Shown: piece after piece, positions 21,201-30,463 of the stretch
Position numbering within the stretch: the first letter of the stretch is position 1
How the letters are laid out: every line of letters starts with the position of its first letter
Virus record (IMG/VR): IMGVR_UViG_3300002307_000002
Coordinates: 1-64,000 of that record
Direction: 5' to 3' (one strand)
Source: a virus
DNA: 64,000 bases
Notes under the pieces: generated by a model
Told to the model about the DNA's origin: nothing
The model's database searches: none
The model's input: the letters and a program-made list of their open reading frames with translations, nothing else
Translations under genes and position numbers: made by a program

Positions 21201-23622
21201 CAAACTGATTAGGGTCTTGGCTACGTGTCCATGTGGCATCATAATTGTTAGCATCCCCCGGGGATAAAGCACTTTTGGGGTAGTAGTCACTGTATAGGTT
21301 ACCTGGCGTTTCTGTCCTGCCGTACAGGTTTGATGCACATTCACAAAGAAACCTCCTCACACAATGTGTGCCCAGCTTGAACTGATCTTCTGTCTGTGCC
21401 TGGTCACTCACCCACCAGCCATAGGTGTGGAATGTGTAATCACAAATATATGTATCCCCGCCCCAAAGCACCTCCTGTGAAGTAATGTCATTTGAAGTAC
21501 CGGCCCGCACCAGTGTTTGCCCTGTGAAGGGCACATACAGGTTTGGTAACAGGCTTTTCATGTTGGTCAGGAAAGTGGTTTCCTTGTTAACTCCATGCCG
21601 TCTGTTACGTTCTTTCCATACCTGGTTGGTGTCAATATTTCCACTTGAAATCAGATGAGCTGGGTGGGTAAGTTCTCCAGCGTAGCATGTCTCCCCACCT
21701 TTGTTCTGCCATTTTCCTACCTGTGTATTGTTAGGTACATATTCAGTGTTCTGTACAGCTTTTAGGACTGTTGAGGGTACGGTAGGTGGTGTGCCTTTCT
21801 TCAGGTAGTCAAACAGGAATACAGTAGGCCGTGTCATGGCACCACTGTCGTCTATGAAGTCTTCACTGTTCCTATCTGGTGTGCTGGTTAGCTGGTTCCT
21901 GCTATGTTGCAGCTCCAGACTGAGGTAAGCTGGTGATAGAATAGGCTGGTTCAGGAGTATGTCAAAAGCATGAAACCTGAATATTGATTGGTCTACATCC
22001 AGTTTCTTGTGGCCGGTAGATGAGAAATTGATTTCACTGTTGAAATTACCACCACTGGTAAAATAGTTTACAGGCCCGTATTCAGGGTCTGCATCCGCCC
22101 GGGAGCCGAATAACAGCAAGCTTTGTCCCAGCACTGTGGAATTTGAGGTGTTGCGTTTGGCATACAGTATTTCATATCCGTTAATCTGCCCGGTATAAGC
22201 TGAAGGAATAATGATATTCTCAGCTATGATACCCAGTCTGTCGAGACTACCACGGCCATAGTCTGGTGTGCCTGCATACAGGTTAGCCTTACACCATTTA
22301 ATAGATGGAAATTTATGGTGCCTCACCGGTGCTCCTCTCAAATCTTCTCCACCGTATGGCGCACTGTTGTAATCATCTGTGCTTGGGTATACCTCATCAG
22401 AATTCTGCCAGGTTCCACAATATCCTATGCCTGAGGCTGCATCGAAGGAGTTTATCCTGTCTTCCACTTGAAAGCGCTGGGCTGTTAATCCTTCAGCACT
22501 GGCCAGTGTGGAGGCATCCAAATCTCCTGAAGCTGGTACAGGGCCGGGGATGTGGTAAGCCGGAGTGAATCCTCCAGTAGTCTTCTTGTATCGTATATAG
22601 AAAGCACCCACTTCATCGTGCATGAAGGTTTTCTTGGTGCCACTTTTCATGTCCGGGTTAGCGGGGTCTACCGTAATCAGTTCGCTTTTCCACTTCAGCC
22701 TCACCATATTAGCAAATGGCTGAAGCTTCATATCTGGTGTGCTAACCAACCCACCAATGTATAGGGCATCATTCAACTGGCCCATGGTATCTACCTGATC
22801 ATAGTATGCAGGGGCAATCAGCACTTCTTCAAGTGTGATAGCTTCAGTAAGTTCATTGCCCGTGTATAAGATAGTCGCAGAGCCACTAACAGATGTGGGG
22901 TTGAGAAACTGGCTTACAGTGGTTACTCCGTTGGTTTTGTTAATGATGGCAATCTGCACCTGCTCATAGTCTCCATCTAGGTTAGCCAGCTTGATTTCCA
23001 GCCCTTGGTCAGTGGCCTGCCCAGTTGTACCTGTGATAATCTGAGGGCTGCTAATAGCCAGATAGGCCGTCTCTGTGCCATCTCTTTTGGCATATTTTAC
23101 GGCTGCATAGTAAGCACCGGGGAATAGAAGGCCACCTGATACCACACTGGCTGATATATCCGGGTTGATAGCAGATGGAAACAGCAGCATATCTTTTAGC
23201 TGTGTGATGTTAGGTGCATCAAAGTTCACATAGAAGGGCTTGAGATATTTGTCTGTAAAAGCGCCTACCAACTCACCCTTGTAGTTTCTCTGTACCACAC
23301 CGGTAATCCATCTGTCAGTTGAGAAACCCACTTTAAATTCCTGTGCGTTATCGTTGAATATTGGTATGTAGGTATCATTAACTGTGTCATAGTAACCAAA
23401 AGCTGAGTAAGTATTGTCAGTAGAGAAGATTACCGGAAACTTATCAGTCTCCAACACTCCTATCACTCTGTATGGAATGGAAGCTGATGAAAGAGCAAAG
23501 CCCGGCTCATTGATAGCCGAGCCTTTGAGCCAGTTCTGTATCCCGTTCTTGGCAAACTGGTAAGTCTCCGGGGGTTGCTCCTGTGGCCTTATATCTCTAT
23601 TCAGCTTGAGAAATCTTTTCAT
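18271..23622 (-). CDS. Tail muzzle/stabilization protein (P22 gp10-like) with cadherin, PA14-like and DUF5977-like adhesin domains
   Basis: ~1783 aa; N-terminal LNRDIRP motif, beta-rich body, GYDPTYKRLLLT; then cadherin repeats and C-terminal KNNC...YTVPAGSYSS...QSYAN..G.C. Confidence 0.8.
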   Translation of the reverse strand: MKRFLKLNRDIRPQEQPPETYQFAKNGIQNWLKGSAINEPGFALSSASIPYRVIGVLETDKFPVIFSTDNTYSAFGYYDTVNDTYIPIFNDNAQEFKVGFSTDRWITGVVQRNYKGELVGAFTDKYLKPFYVNFDAPNITQLKDMLLFPSAINPDISASVVSGGLLFPGAYYAAVKYAKRDGTETAYLAISSPQIITGTTGQATDQGLEIKLANLDGDYEQVQIAIINKTNGVTTVSQFLNPTSVSGSATILYTGNELTEAITLEEVLIAPAYYDQVDTMGQLNDALYIGGLVSTPDMKLQPFANMVRLKWKSELITVDPANPDMKSGTKKTFMHDEVGAFYIRYKKTTGGFTPAYHIPGPVPASGDLDASTLASAEGLTAQRFQVEDRINSFDAASGIGYCGTWQNSDEVYPSTDDYNSAPYGGEDLRGAPVRHHKFPSIKWCKANLYAGTPDYGRGSLDRLGIIAENIIIPSAYTGQINGYEILYAKRNTSNSTVLGQSLLLFGSRADADPEYGPVNYFTSGGNFNSEINFSSTGHKKLDVDQSIFRFHAFDILLNQPILSPAYLSLELQHSRNQLTSTPDRNSEDFIDDSGAMTRPTVFLFDYLKKGTPPTVPSTVLKAVQNTEYVPNNTQVGKWQNKGGETCYAGELTHPAHLISSGNIDTNQVWKERNRRHGVNKETTFLTNMKSLLPNLYVPFTGQTLVRAGTSNDITSQEVLWGGDTYICDYTFHTYGWWVSDQAQTEDQFKLGTHCVRRFLCECASNLYGRTETPGNLYSDYYPKSALSPGDANNYDATWTRSQDPNQFGYSKDSNALDDLISTTIFDTYADQLTSHPYRIHRGGKLSKQTKNRSWRTFLPLDYYELQKNMGRITKLEGMDDRLLIHCENALLITQDKAQLNTSDILSVTLGSGNIFQFEPQEGMSSKLGYAGNQHELATTRTPFGYAFLDSALGQVFLFKGQLQLITQGMITFFSKYLGLKDKNVFQGNGYTIGYDPTYKRLLLTIKNKALAASGQNVYDYNPTILPTLPDNSYVNYNGRLVKFLGVNDPEATGFSCPSDLVPSANDLTVTIDENTAIGVQIGTVTGSNVNNFYLATTGTPFRLDTSGHLFVSGAMDYYVQNEYIMSGVAMNDNGQTATFTVTVHLTLVNTPPRVHDTEVTIHDDEATLTDVTYVAAFDREGGSLTYAITSGNEDGVFSINNSTGLIKLADVSTLNGLVHPIYRLGVSVTDSSSAVGYGTVTVNVLHINRPPVPVSDTITILDSIASGTTVYTIDTTGWDMEDDSLEVVFVGQTITGAFTYVPVDGKVILLTNTIIDPASYPTMVLNFTVSDRYHAPVPFTLTVNVIWDRESIAFIPSSPSCTGGTPTCPSGWTLSDDGTTCTRVTTASATSSGGSSTLLAHYDYSQYGEWGTIIYPYGTYNTDGSPTVKPNTSLILSGSPLWSFKPGGEMSYGGNLWGNPTGGTLHDGTCGRLNQLGVWKQGDQSYNTTPLGFSRQFTVPASGRYFINVGVDDYATINVNGTAIVTQNLANINSAFNTLYGASVATTADLYRYMHMYEVELTAGVNVIGITGTNGTSIGVVGCEIYKATAAQLEACTNTTNLAPYIIFSSAAPPYGSISDGDKSDVGLYNCDAHPGYVLVYDPGTDSYYCKLIESEASTTTHTTCQWANVTIQDVKRTTTIEIVPNEVSSPVALFQDVPIPYYPPVENSDQCSGTVHLYLSAQKGDTAQKNNCDPMYTGSIIKYTVPAGSYSSTASQATADGDAQSDVDTNKQSYANSKGICI

Positions 23623-23624
23623 AG

Positions 23625-24428
23625 TTACCAAACTTTAGTGTCCATAAATGGTTCTGCTCTGTCGTTGCGGAAGAAGTTGTCGTAATACCCATCTGAAGGG
23701 ATAAACCTAACAAACGTGTATATCCTGTGTTCCATTTGCTCAGGGCTTGGCAGGCGTATTTCAGCACTTGCCCTTGGAGCATATATGTGTTCCCATTGGT
23801 CAAAGCATTCCTTGTATGTGAATTGCTTATCTTCCCAGCCAGCACCAATCATCATAGCTCTGCAATACCAGTAGAGGGCCTGTTTGTAGTTCTGATTGTC
23901 AGGTATCATTGGGAAACCATCCTCATCTACAGGTACCCGCTTAAAGTATACAGTTACTTTACCTTCCCTGAAGCTGGTGTTGATATACCCCATTTCAGTG
24001 TAGTAGTAATCATGCTCCTGTATGGATTGCTGATTGAGTTGCTTGAGCTGTGTGTAGTACAGTTCTGTTGATGGGTCTTGGGGCAGGGGTTGAATTTTCT
24101 CAATCTCAGTGCTGAACACCGATGGCTGAAGTTTACCAAATGGTATCCGTTTGGCTTTCTCTGGAGGTCTGCCTGATGGATTCTCTCTCAGCCGTCGGCC
24201 ACAATGCTCTACTCCTTCAATCTGTACAAGTCCACAAGGCAGTTTGGCCTTATGAAAATGCACATCCAGCTCTTCCCAATCTCCCACAAGCGTGTTCTCC
24301 GTCTCCATCATCTCCATGGCTTCATATAGCCACTCGTGAATATCAGCTATGTAAGAGCTATCATTCAGCTTTGTGTTGCGGATTACATTCCCGATTACGC
24401 TTCGTAAGCTGCAGTAGGAGTATTGCAT
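23625..24428 (-). CDS. Tail ring/adaptor protein
   Basis: YINTSFREGKVTVYF...PVDEDGFPMIPD motif of crAss ring proteins; synteny. Confidence 0.75.
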   Translation of the reverse strand: MQYSYCSLRSVIGNVIRNTKLNDSSYIADIHEWLYEAMEMMETENTLVGDWEELDVHFHKAKLPCGLVQIEGVEHCGRRLRENPSGRPPEKAKRIPFGKLQPSVFSTEIEKIQPLPQDPSTELYYTQLKQLNQQSIQEHDYYYTEMGYINTSFREGKVTVYFKRVPVDEDGFPMIPDNQNYKQALYWYCRAMMIGAGWEDKQFTYKECFDQWEHIYAPRASAEIRLPSPEQMEHRIYTFVRFIPSDGYYDNFFRNDRAEPFMDTKVW

Positions 24429-25012
24429 GGGTCAGGTTTATGAGGTTTAGCGTTTGTGAATTGATATTTGAACTTTAGTAACGGGTCATTCTTGATGGCC
24501 TCTACCAGTTCAGCTTTAAATCCTTTGCCAGTGGTCATATTCTTTTCAGCTGGCATGAATTTGTAGTTCGTCTCGTTGGTTATCATTCTGAATTTCTGCC
24601 ATTTAATCCGAACGTAGTCATCATCCGTGTAGTACACTTTCTTTAAATGGCCGTCTTCATTCCTGCTATTCAGCTTAAAGGTAGAGCCCCAGTCTATCAT
24701 CTTGTTAGCAAACGTTCTTTCTACACGGATGGCTTTAATGTTACCCAGCCCTGAACCGAGTTTCAGGGTTTCTCCCTGGATGATGGCTGCCTTGGCCCGG
24801 TGATAATATCCTGAAACAATTTCTTTCCATAATGGCCAGCTCATTTTCAACACTGGTTTACCATCTTCCAAAGCGTATATAAAGCACTTCCTTACTTTAA
24901 GGCTTTTGGAATACTTAGCCCACCAGGATGGGTTGTTGTTCAGAAGTTTGTCAGCATAACTGTCATAAACTTCCTTCATGGTAAAAGTCTTAGGCTTCTG
25001 TATAGGTTTCAT
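24395..25012 (-). CDS. IHF/HU-like protein of crAss tail module
   Basis: Basic; AIIQGETLKLGSGLGNIKA resembles the HU/IHF arm; position between ring genes. Confidence 0.6.
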   Translation of the reverse strand: MKPIQKPKTFTMKEVYDSYADKLLNNNPSWWAKYSKSLKVRKCFIYALEDGKPVLKMSWPLWKEIVSGYYHRAKAAIIQGETLKLGSGLGNIKAIRVERTFANKMIDWGSTFKLNSRNEDGHLKKVYYTDDDYVRIKWQKFRMITNETNYKFMPAEKNMTTGKGFKAELVEAIKNDPLLKFKYQFTNAKPHKPDPCNTPTAAYEA

Positions 25013-25017
25013 AGGAA

Positions 25018-25659
25018 CTATTTTACTACTGGTATCTGTGCAGTTTCTTCCTTGTCCGGCCTGTTGTAGTCTACAGAAAGAATGCTCTGTACAATAAGCT
25101 GTAGAATATCACCGCTGATGGGAAACTCCATGTTCCACGTATCACATGGCTGGCCGGTACATGAGCAACTTAGCTCTGTTACAGCAAATGGATCATCAAA
25201 GATTCCATCAATCCTGAGTAGTGGTTGGTCAGCTTTTTCCAATCGGATTACTGATTTTCCATTAATCTGGGTGTACTCATAGGTTGGAAACTGATCAACA
25301 AACTTGCCGGATATAAAGTTTCCCATTCCGGGAGAAACATACCTGAATGGGCTTTTACCATCAGCTCCACCTACATAATCAAACAGGATTGAGCCTGCCC
25401 GTACTGGTAGGGGTATTTCTACTGTGGTAGCTATGGTACTGGAAATAAGTGGTGCAGCAGGAATGTTCAATTCCTGTGACATCTTAACAAATAAGGTTTG
25501 AATGAAGAACTTTCTTTGAAGGGGGTTTTTCTGTAGGCTATTAGCCACCAGACGGCTACGCCAATACTTCACTCTTTCAAAAAGTTGTAACCTGAAAGGG
25601 ACGTCCATTTCCCTGTCAAGGTTCATAGCAATGAGGGTGGTTATTTCGTTGGCTGTCAT
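25018..25659 (-). CDS. Tail ring protein
   Basis: IDGIFDDP...EFPISGD motif; synteny. Confidence 0.7.
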   Translation of the reverse strand: MTANEITTLIAMNLDREMDVPFRLQLFERVKYWRSRLVANSLQKNPLQRKFFIQTLFVKMSQELNIPAAPLISSTIATTVEIPLPVRAGSILFDYVGGADGKSPFRYVSPGMGNFISGKFVDQFPTYEYTQINGKSVIRLEKADQPLLRIDGIFDDPFAVTELSCSCTGQPCDTWNMEFPISGDILQLIVQSILSVDYNRPDKEETAQIPVVK

Positions 25660-25684
25660 AGGTGGATATGTTTACAAGATATGA

Positions 25685-25718
25685 AAAATCCCCAATGTGG
25701 AAACATCAGGGATTGTTT
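25685..25718 (-). terminator. Intrinsic terminator after auxiliary capsid gene
   Basis: AATCCC/GGGATT stem followed by a T-run on the minus strand. Confidence 0.6.
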
Positions 25719-25741
25719 TAATGTACAAAGTCGGAAACTAT

Positions 25742-26734
25742 TTACAAGCCCAGTATACCTTTCACCTCAGCTTCAGCATTAGCCGAGCCGTTAGAAGGTA
25801 TAGCCAGAACAATTGTTCTTTTCTTGAAGTGCTTATCCTTAGGAGTTGGGCTGTACTCACTGGCTTCAAATACAATTACATAAATGCTGTACTGAACACC
25901 ACTTGCCGCAAACACAGAAGGCTGGCCGTAGTCCTCAGGACGGGCACCTTGCATTGGGTATTGAGTGGTAACACCTTTAAAGGTATCACTTTCAAATTCC
26001 AGCCATTTAACCTGGTTGTATGTACCATTGCCATAGAAAGCATTGGCAGTACCACTGCCTGTGTAGGTTGCAGTAGCAGCAAGGTCGGTTAACGCATCAG
26101 AACTGAAACCAATCCTGAATGTGGCACCCGGGATGCCTGCTGTGAGAGTGATAGTTGAAGTGCTTACTGAAGCGCTGGTTAATACAGGGTCAGTATCCTT
26201 GTTGATAATGTTGGTCTTGTCATTCACTAAAGCTGCAAGAGCAGTAGCAACGGCAGGAGCGTCATCACCAGTTTTAGCTACATAGCTGTAAGTCCATGTA
26301 GGGAACTGTTGGTAGCCGGGGGTAGTTTCAGTAATTTTCAGGCTGTAAGTGTGTCCTACAACTGGTGTGCCGGTAAGCACTGCTTTACTGGCCTGAGCCA
26401 CAGCAGCAGCATAAGGGTTACGGGTTGCTTTGCCGATGGTCAGGTTGAACACGCCTGTTTTTTCTACAGCTCCGTCACGCTTTAAAGCGCCGAAGATATT
26501 TACAGTGGCACCTACAGGGGTAACAGCAGCGGGCGAACCACTGGTTGCACCGGAAATCAGTGCCAGGGTATCAGCGTTGAAGAAGGCAAACTCACCTTCA
26601 GCTGCGGAAGAAACGAAGGTGGGGAAGTCCGAAATCGAACTTGCACCAGTGCCTGAGTAATCCACCTGTTTGGCTACGAGAACGTCAGCGTTACGGCCCA
26701 GCGTGGATTGAAAGAATTTGGTACGGTCTAACAT
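25742..26734 (-). CDS. Auxiliary capsid/decoration protein
   Basis: 330 aa, Ala/Thr-rich beta protein; own terminator; position in crAss capsid block. Confidence 0.65.
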   Translation of the reverse strand: MLDRTKFFQSTLGRNADVLVAKQVDYSGTGASSISDFPTFVSSAAEGEFAFFNADTLALISGATSGSPAAVTPVGATVNIFGALKRDGAVEKTGVFNLTIGKATRNPYAAAVAQASKAVLTGTPVVGHTYSLKITETTPGYQQFPTWTYSYVAKTGDDAPAVATALAALVNDKTNIINKDTDPVLTSASVSTSTITLTAGIPGATFRIGFSSDALTDLAATATYTGSGTANAFYGNGTYNQVKWLEFESDTFKGVTTQYPMQGARPEDYGQPSVFAASGVQYSIYVIVFEASEYSPTPKDKHFKKRTIVLAIPSNGSANAEAEVKGILGL

Positions 26735-26760
26735 GGGTATTGGATTTTAGGATGTACGGA

Positions 26761-27810
26761 TTATTGGATAGGTGCTGAACGGAGCATGTTGTCTTTGAGT
26801 TTCACTTCCCAGTTAGTGTCTGCAGTCATTGCTTTAAAGTATTCTACTGTCAAATCACAAAGGGATTGGTGAAATTCTTCAGGCAGCTCACAATCTTCTC
26901 CCAAAGCTAAGCACATCCTTCGGGGTTTGCGTATGTAGTCTATGCGTGCCTTACTTATTATGAAGCTTTCATCCCCATGTACTATCAGTTTATTTCCCCA
27001 AAGTTCAGAAATCGGACTCTGGTAGCTGGTAGTTACAAAAGCTGTGTCAAGCATGGTGCTTACCTGGTCGCCGGGAGTTAACCGGTTAGCTCTCCATATA
27101 TTACTACTGTTTGAGAAATAGCTAAAGTCTATGGTGGATACAGTTCCATTTGTGGTAGTTCCATCTATGGTAATACTTCCAGCATTTTGATTAGGCAGTA
27201 AGAAAGTAGATGGTTTGTAAATGTCCATGTACTTCTCCCAGTATACTTCATACCCAGCTTTTCTCAGTTGCCATAACAGGAAATCACGTATGATGTACTT
27301 TTCCTGCACAGAAGATAACCCAGTGTAAGATGCTACTTGTGAAGCTATTAAAGTGGAAAGTGTTAACGTGTCCCCATTAATAGTGATAGACACTGTAGCG
27401 TAATACGGGCCAGTAGCTGTAGAGTTAGGTAGTGGGATTGCCAGTATGGGTTGTGTTGTTGTACTGGTGATGCCTGTAATTCCATTACACAGTTTGGTTA
27501 CCCTGCTGTCATCGCTTATCAGGTAGGAGTAGTCTCCAGGTAACTCGCATTCATAACTTTGTTCATTACTGTCATATACTGCTATCAGGTCAGCTGTAGT
27601 TAAAAGAGGACGGATAGCGTCTGCATTCAACTGGTCAAGCTGAAAGCCTCCACTACCGTCCTTCTTTGCACGTATCTTGGATTGTATGAACCTTTGCTGA
27701 TTCTTGTTGAGAAGCCAGTCAATCTCTTCTGGCAGCAGCTTCCTTCTGGTTGATGCTGCAATGTTCTGAGAGGCTTGCTTTACTTCAATGTGCAATTCAG
27801 CTATGGTCAT
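26761..27810 (-). CDS. Head-tail ring protein
   Basis: EEIDWLLNKNQ N-terminus and IDYIRKP...CELPEEFHQ C-terminus typical of crAss ring proteins. Confidence 0.75.
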   Translation of the reverse strand: MTIAELHIEVKQASQNIAASTRRKLLPEEIDWLLNKNQQRFIQSKIRAKKDGSGGFQLDQLNADAIRPLLTTADLIAVYDSNEQSYECELPGDYSYLISDDSRVTKLCNGITGITSTTTQPILAIPLPNSTATGPYYATVSITINGDTLTLSTLIASQVASYTGLSSVQEKYIIRDFLLWQLRKAGYEVYWEKYMDIYKPSTFLLPNQNAGSITIDGTTTNGTVSTIDFSYFSNSSNIWRANRLTPGDQVSTMLDTAFVTTSYQSPISELWGNKLIVHGDESFIISKARIDYIRKPRRMCLALGEDCELPEEFHQSLCDLTVEYFKAMTADTNWEVKLKDNMLRSAPIQ

Positions 27811-27826
27811 ACAATTTGATTAAATG

Positions 27827-28756
27827 TTATTTCTTGCTTTTGGCATTGGGGGCTGGTTTGCTAAGCCCTTCCTGCATACGGGATTTGAGAATGATAAGCC
27901 TGTCACTGTTGGCCTTGTCCTTTATCCAGGCTATGGCCTCTTCTGTTTTGTGCCCGAGGGTATCACCTGTTTCAGGGTCAATTATCCTTTCACCAGCTTT
28001 AATCAGTACGCCTGTGTTTAACATGCTCTGAAGCTGGTACAAGGTTTCAAAGTGTGTGCCGTTGTAAGTGGTTACAAATGTTTCAGGACTGGTTTCAGCA
28101 AGCTGTTTAAGCTTACCTTCTTTCAAAGCCTGTGCATTTTTGCCACCAAACAAGCGTGGGTCAGTGTCTAGTAATGTAAGCAACATGTCAATCTTCTCAG
28201 GAGTTTTGATAATCTTGAGGTAAAGTTCAAGTGCTTCATTTTTCGTCTGGTTGGTTTTCACCAGCGCTTCTTCCTGCGCGGCTGGGTCAAATATGTAGAA
28301 CTCTTTCAGCATATCCCCTTCACTTGCAGTTTTGTCCTTGGCCACCAACGGGTGATTCAATGCGTGCCTGTATGCAATGTAATCAGGCAGGTTGATGGGC
28401 AGATTTGTTTTGCTCAGTGGCTGGCTATTGTCAGTCTCTAAGCCGATTTCAAAATCCCGACCTTTCTTAGCTGGTACAATTGTCCGTATGTTACGGAAAT
28501 AGTCTGCGCATTTTTCCCTGAAAGCCCTGTCCTCAGGTTCGCAATCCACCAGGATGGGCATTAGCAATTTCTGCTCATCAAAATTCAGGCCGGAGCCAAT
28601 CACTTTTGAATAGCTGTTATCCCAATATGAGCCGAGACTTTTCTTGGCCATCTCTACGAACTCAGGTGCTGTGCCCATCTGAGCGTTCATAATGAAGCTA
28701 TCCTTACGGTATAGCGTTACAATTCTGCTGTTAGAATGTTTCTTCAATTGTGTCAT
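27827..28756 (-). CDS. Conserved structural protein downstream of MCP (portal-vertex auxiliary-like)
   Basis: 309 aa; PINLPDYIAYR motif; synteny. Confidence 0.65.
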   Translation of the reverse strand: MTQLKKHSNSRIVTLYRKDSFIMNAQMGTAPEFVEMAKKSLGSYWDNSYSKVIGSGLNFDEQKLLMPILVDCEPEDRAFREKCADYFRNIRTIVPAKKGRDFEIGLETDNSQPLSKTNLPINLPDYIAYRHALNHPLVAKDKTASEGDMLKEFYIFDPAAQEEALVKTNQTKNEALELYLKIIKTPEKIDMLLTLLDTDPRLFGGKNAQALKEGKLKQLAETSPETFVTTYNGTHFETLYQLQSMLNTGVLIKAGERIIDPETGDTLGHKTEEAIAWIKDKANSDRLIILKSRMQEGLSKPAPNAKSKK

Positions 28757-28798
28757 ACTGTTGAGTGTTTCGTTTGTTTATGTATAGAAGATAGAGGT

Positions 28799-28830
28799 AA
28801 AAAGGAAGCCCTTAGAAAAGGGCCTCCGTT
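28799..28830 (-). terminator. Intrinsic terminator after MCP
   Basis: GGAGGCCCTT/AAGGGCTTCC stem followed by TTTT on the minus strand. Confidence 0.7.
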
Positions 28831-28874
28831 AAGAAACCTCTATACAGTAGTTTCTTTGATATGTTGGGGTTGGG

Positions 28875-30422
28875 TTACTGGCCTGCGATACATTGGAAGT
28901 CGAAGCACCTGTTAGCCCTTAGTATCTGAATACCCTTAGAACTGAAGCGTGTGTATGCGCTCTTATCCTGGTCGGTAGACAGTAAGGCTGTACGTGACTC
29001 GTTATCAATGTTGAAGCTATTGGTCATTACCTGCAAGCTCTTAGGCATGTTGGTAAGACCCGCAATTACACCATGCTGAAAGGCACGGCCTTTTTGCGCT
29101 ACGTGCTGGATGTTTGGTTGGCCATCGTAGTCATTGTCGTCAATGAATACCATACGGTAGCTTTCCAGCGGCCAGCCTGTTTCCGGGTGAACATAACCAC
29201 CAGCCTGTTGTGTCATAGCCACTTGGCCCATGTCAAATAGCGGGTTATGTTTCACTTTTATGTAATAACCATCCATGTGGTAAAAGGCATCGAAGTAACC
29301 ACCTAATGCCAGGTTGTAACCTGTACCAGATACGAATTTGCTACCCACATCGCTTACGCTGCCAAAGCTCTGGAAGAATGTACCACCAACTTTCTTAATA
29401 GCTTTATCAAATGCCCTCATACCGCCACGGCCTGTATGAAGTGTGATGCTGGCACCAGCTGTATCAGAAAGGCCGAACAGAGCGTCACCAATCTGATTGC
29501 TCAGGTAGTCATACGTGAGGTCAGAATAAGTGCTCTTGTTCTGTATCTGCTCCAGCAAGCCAGAACCAGTAGGTATCACTTTACCAGTAAGCAAATCTTT
29601 CAGTGCAATCTCACCATTGGCAGCACGGTTGTAACGGCTGTACCAGTAGTTGTGTTCGCAAATGCTTAACCACTCCAGTTCATACTGCCACATGGCCCAG
29701 TCCATCCAAACGTCAGTTTCACCTTTGTCGGTTTTAACGTTGATTTTCATAACCTTGTTGGCACTGTTACCAGCCCAACTAAAGCCATGGCGAAGGAAGC
29801 CCATCTGGTTTTTGTATGAACCCGGCATTACCATCTTACCTTCGGTGGTACGAGATTCACTTTCAGCCACAGCTGTGGTGATAGCTGACCATGCAGCGCC
29901 GCTTTGCAATTCAGTCAGCGGACAATAGTCGGTTGGCAGGGCAGCATTGAGGCTTACATTGTATTCATACTCACCGCTGCCATTCAGTTCACCATCAGCA
30001 TGCACGTAAGCCTGAATGCCACGGGCAGATTGTATGATGAAAAAGCGCTTAATCCAATTGTCCTGGAAACGGATTTTAAACTGTGTATTACCGATACCAG
30101 GCTTATCACCAGAGCTGTACGGAGTAGAGCTTACGATGGAAGCTTTGGTGATACGGCCCATTACAGGGTAAGTAAACTGAACGTCATCCAGTTCTACGGC
30201 AGCCCTTTTCATAGCATTGCCTTCATAGCCAATGCCGCCTAAGGTCATCAGTGAAATAGGATAGTTCTTTGTGTAGTCACCCATTATATAGGTGAGCTTC
30301 TTGGTGAGTTCGGAAGGGTGACCCTGACGCTGGTGGTAGAAGTTCGTCTCATCCAGCATTGATTTGCTGTCAAAGATTGCCTCGGTCACCTGGTATTTAA
30401 GGGCCGGCATAGGATTAGCCAT
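28875..30422 (-). CDS. Major capsid protein (crAss type, HK97 fold)
   Basis: 515 aa; GSGLLEQI, LHTGRGGMRAF, HPETGWPLESYRM motifs; position after portal and scaffold. Confidence 0.9.
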   Translation of the reverse strand: MANPMPALKYQVTEAIFDSKSMLDETNFYHQRQGHPSELTKKLTYIMGDYTKNYPISLMTLGGIGYEGNAMKRAAVELDDVQFTYPVMGRITKASIVSSTPYSSGDKPGIGNTQFKIRFQDNWIKRFFIIQSARGIQAYVHADGELNGSGEYEYNVSLNAALPTDYCPLTELQSGAAWSAITTAVAESESRTTEGKMVMPGSYKNQMGFLRHGFSWAGNSANKVMKINVKTDKGETDVWMDWAMWQYELEWLSICEHNYWYSRYNRAANGEIALKDLLTGKVIPTGSGLLEQIQNKSTYSDLTYDYLSNQIGDALFGLSDTAGASITLHTGRGGMRAFDKAIKKVGGTFFQSFGSVSDVGSKFVSGTGYNLALGGYFDAFYHMDGYYIKVKHNPLFDMGQVAMTQQAGGYVHPETGWPLESYRMVFIDDNDYDGQPNIQHVAQKGRAFQHGVIAGLTNMPKSLQVMTNSFNIDNESRTALLSTDQDKSAYTRFSSKGIQILRANRCFDFQCIAGQ

Positions 30423-30463
30423 AGGTATATTGGGTTTTTAGTGTACGGATATTGGATTATATG

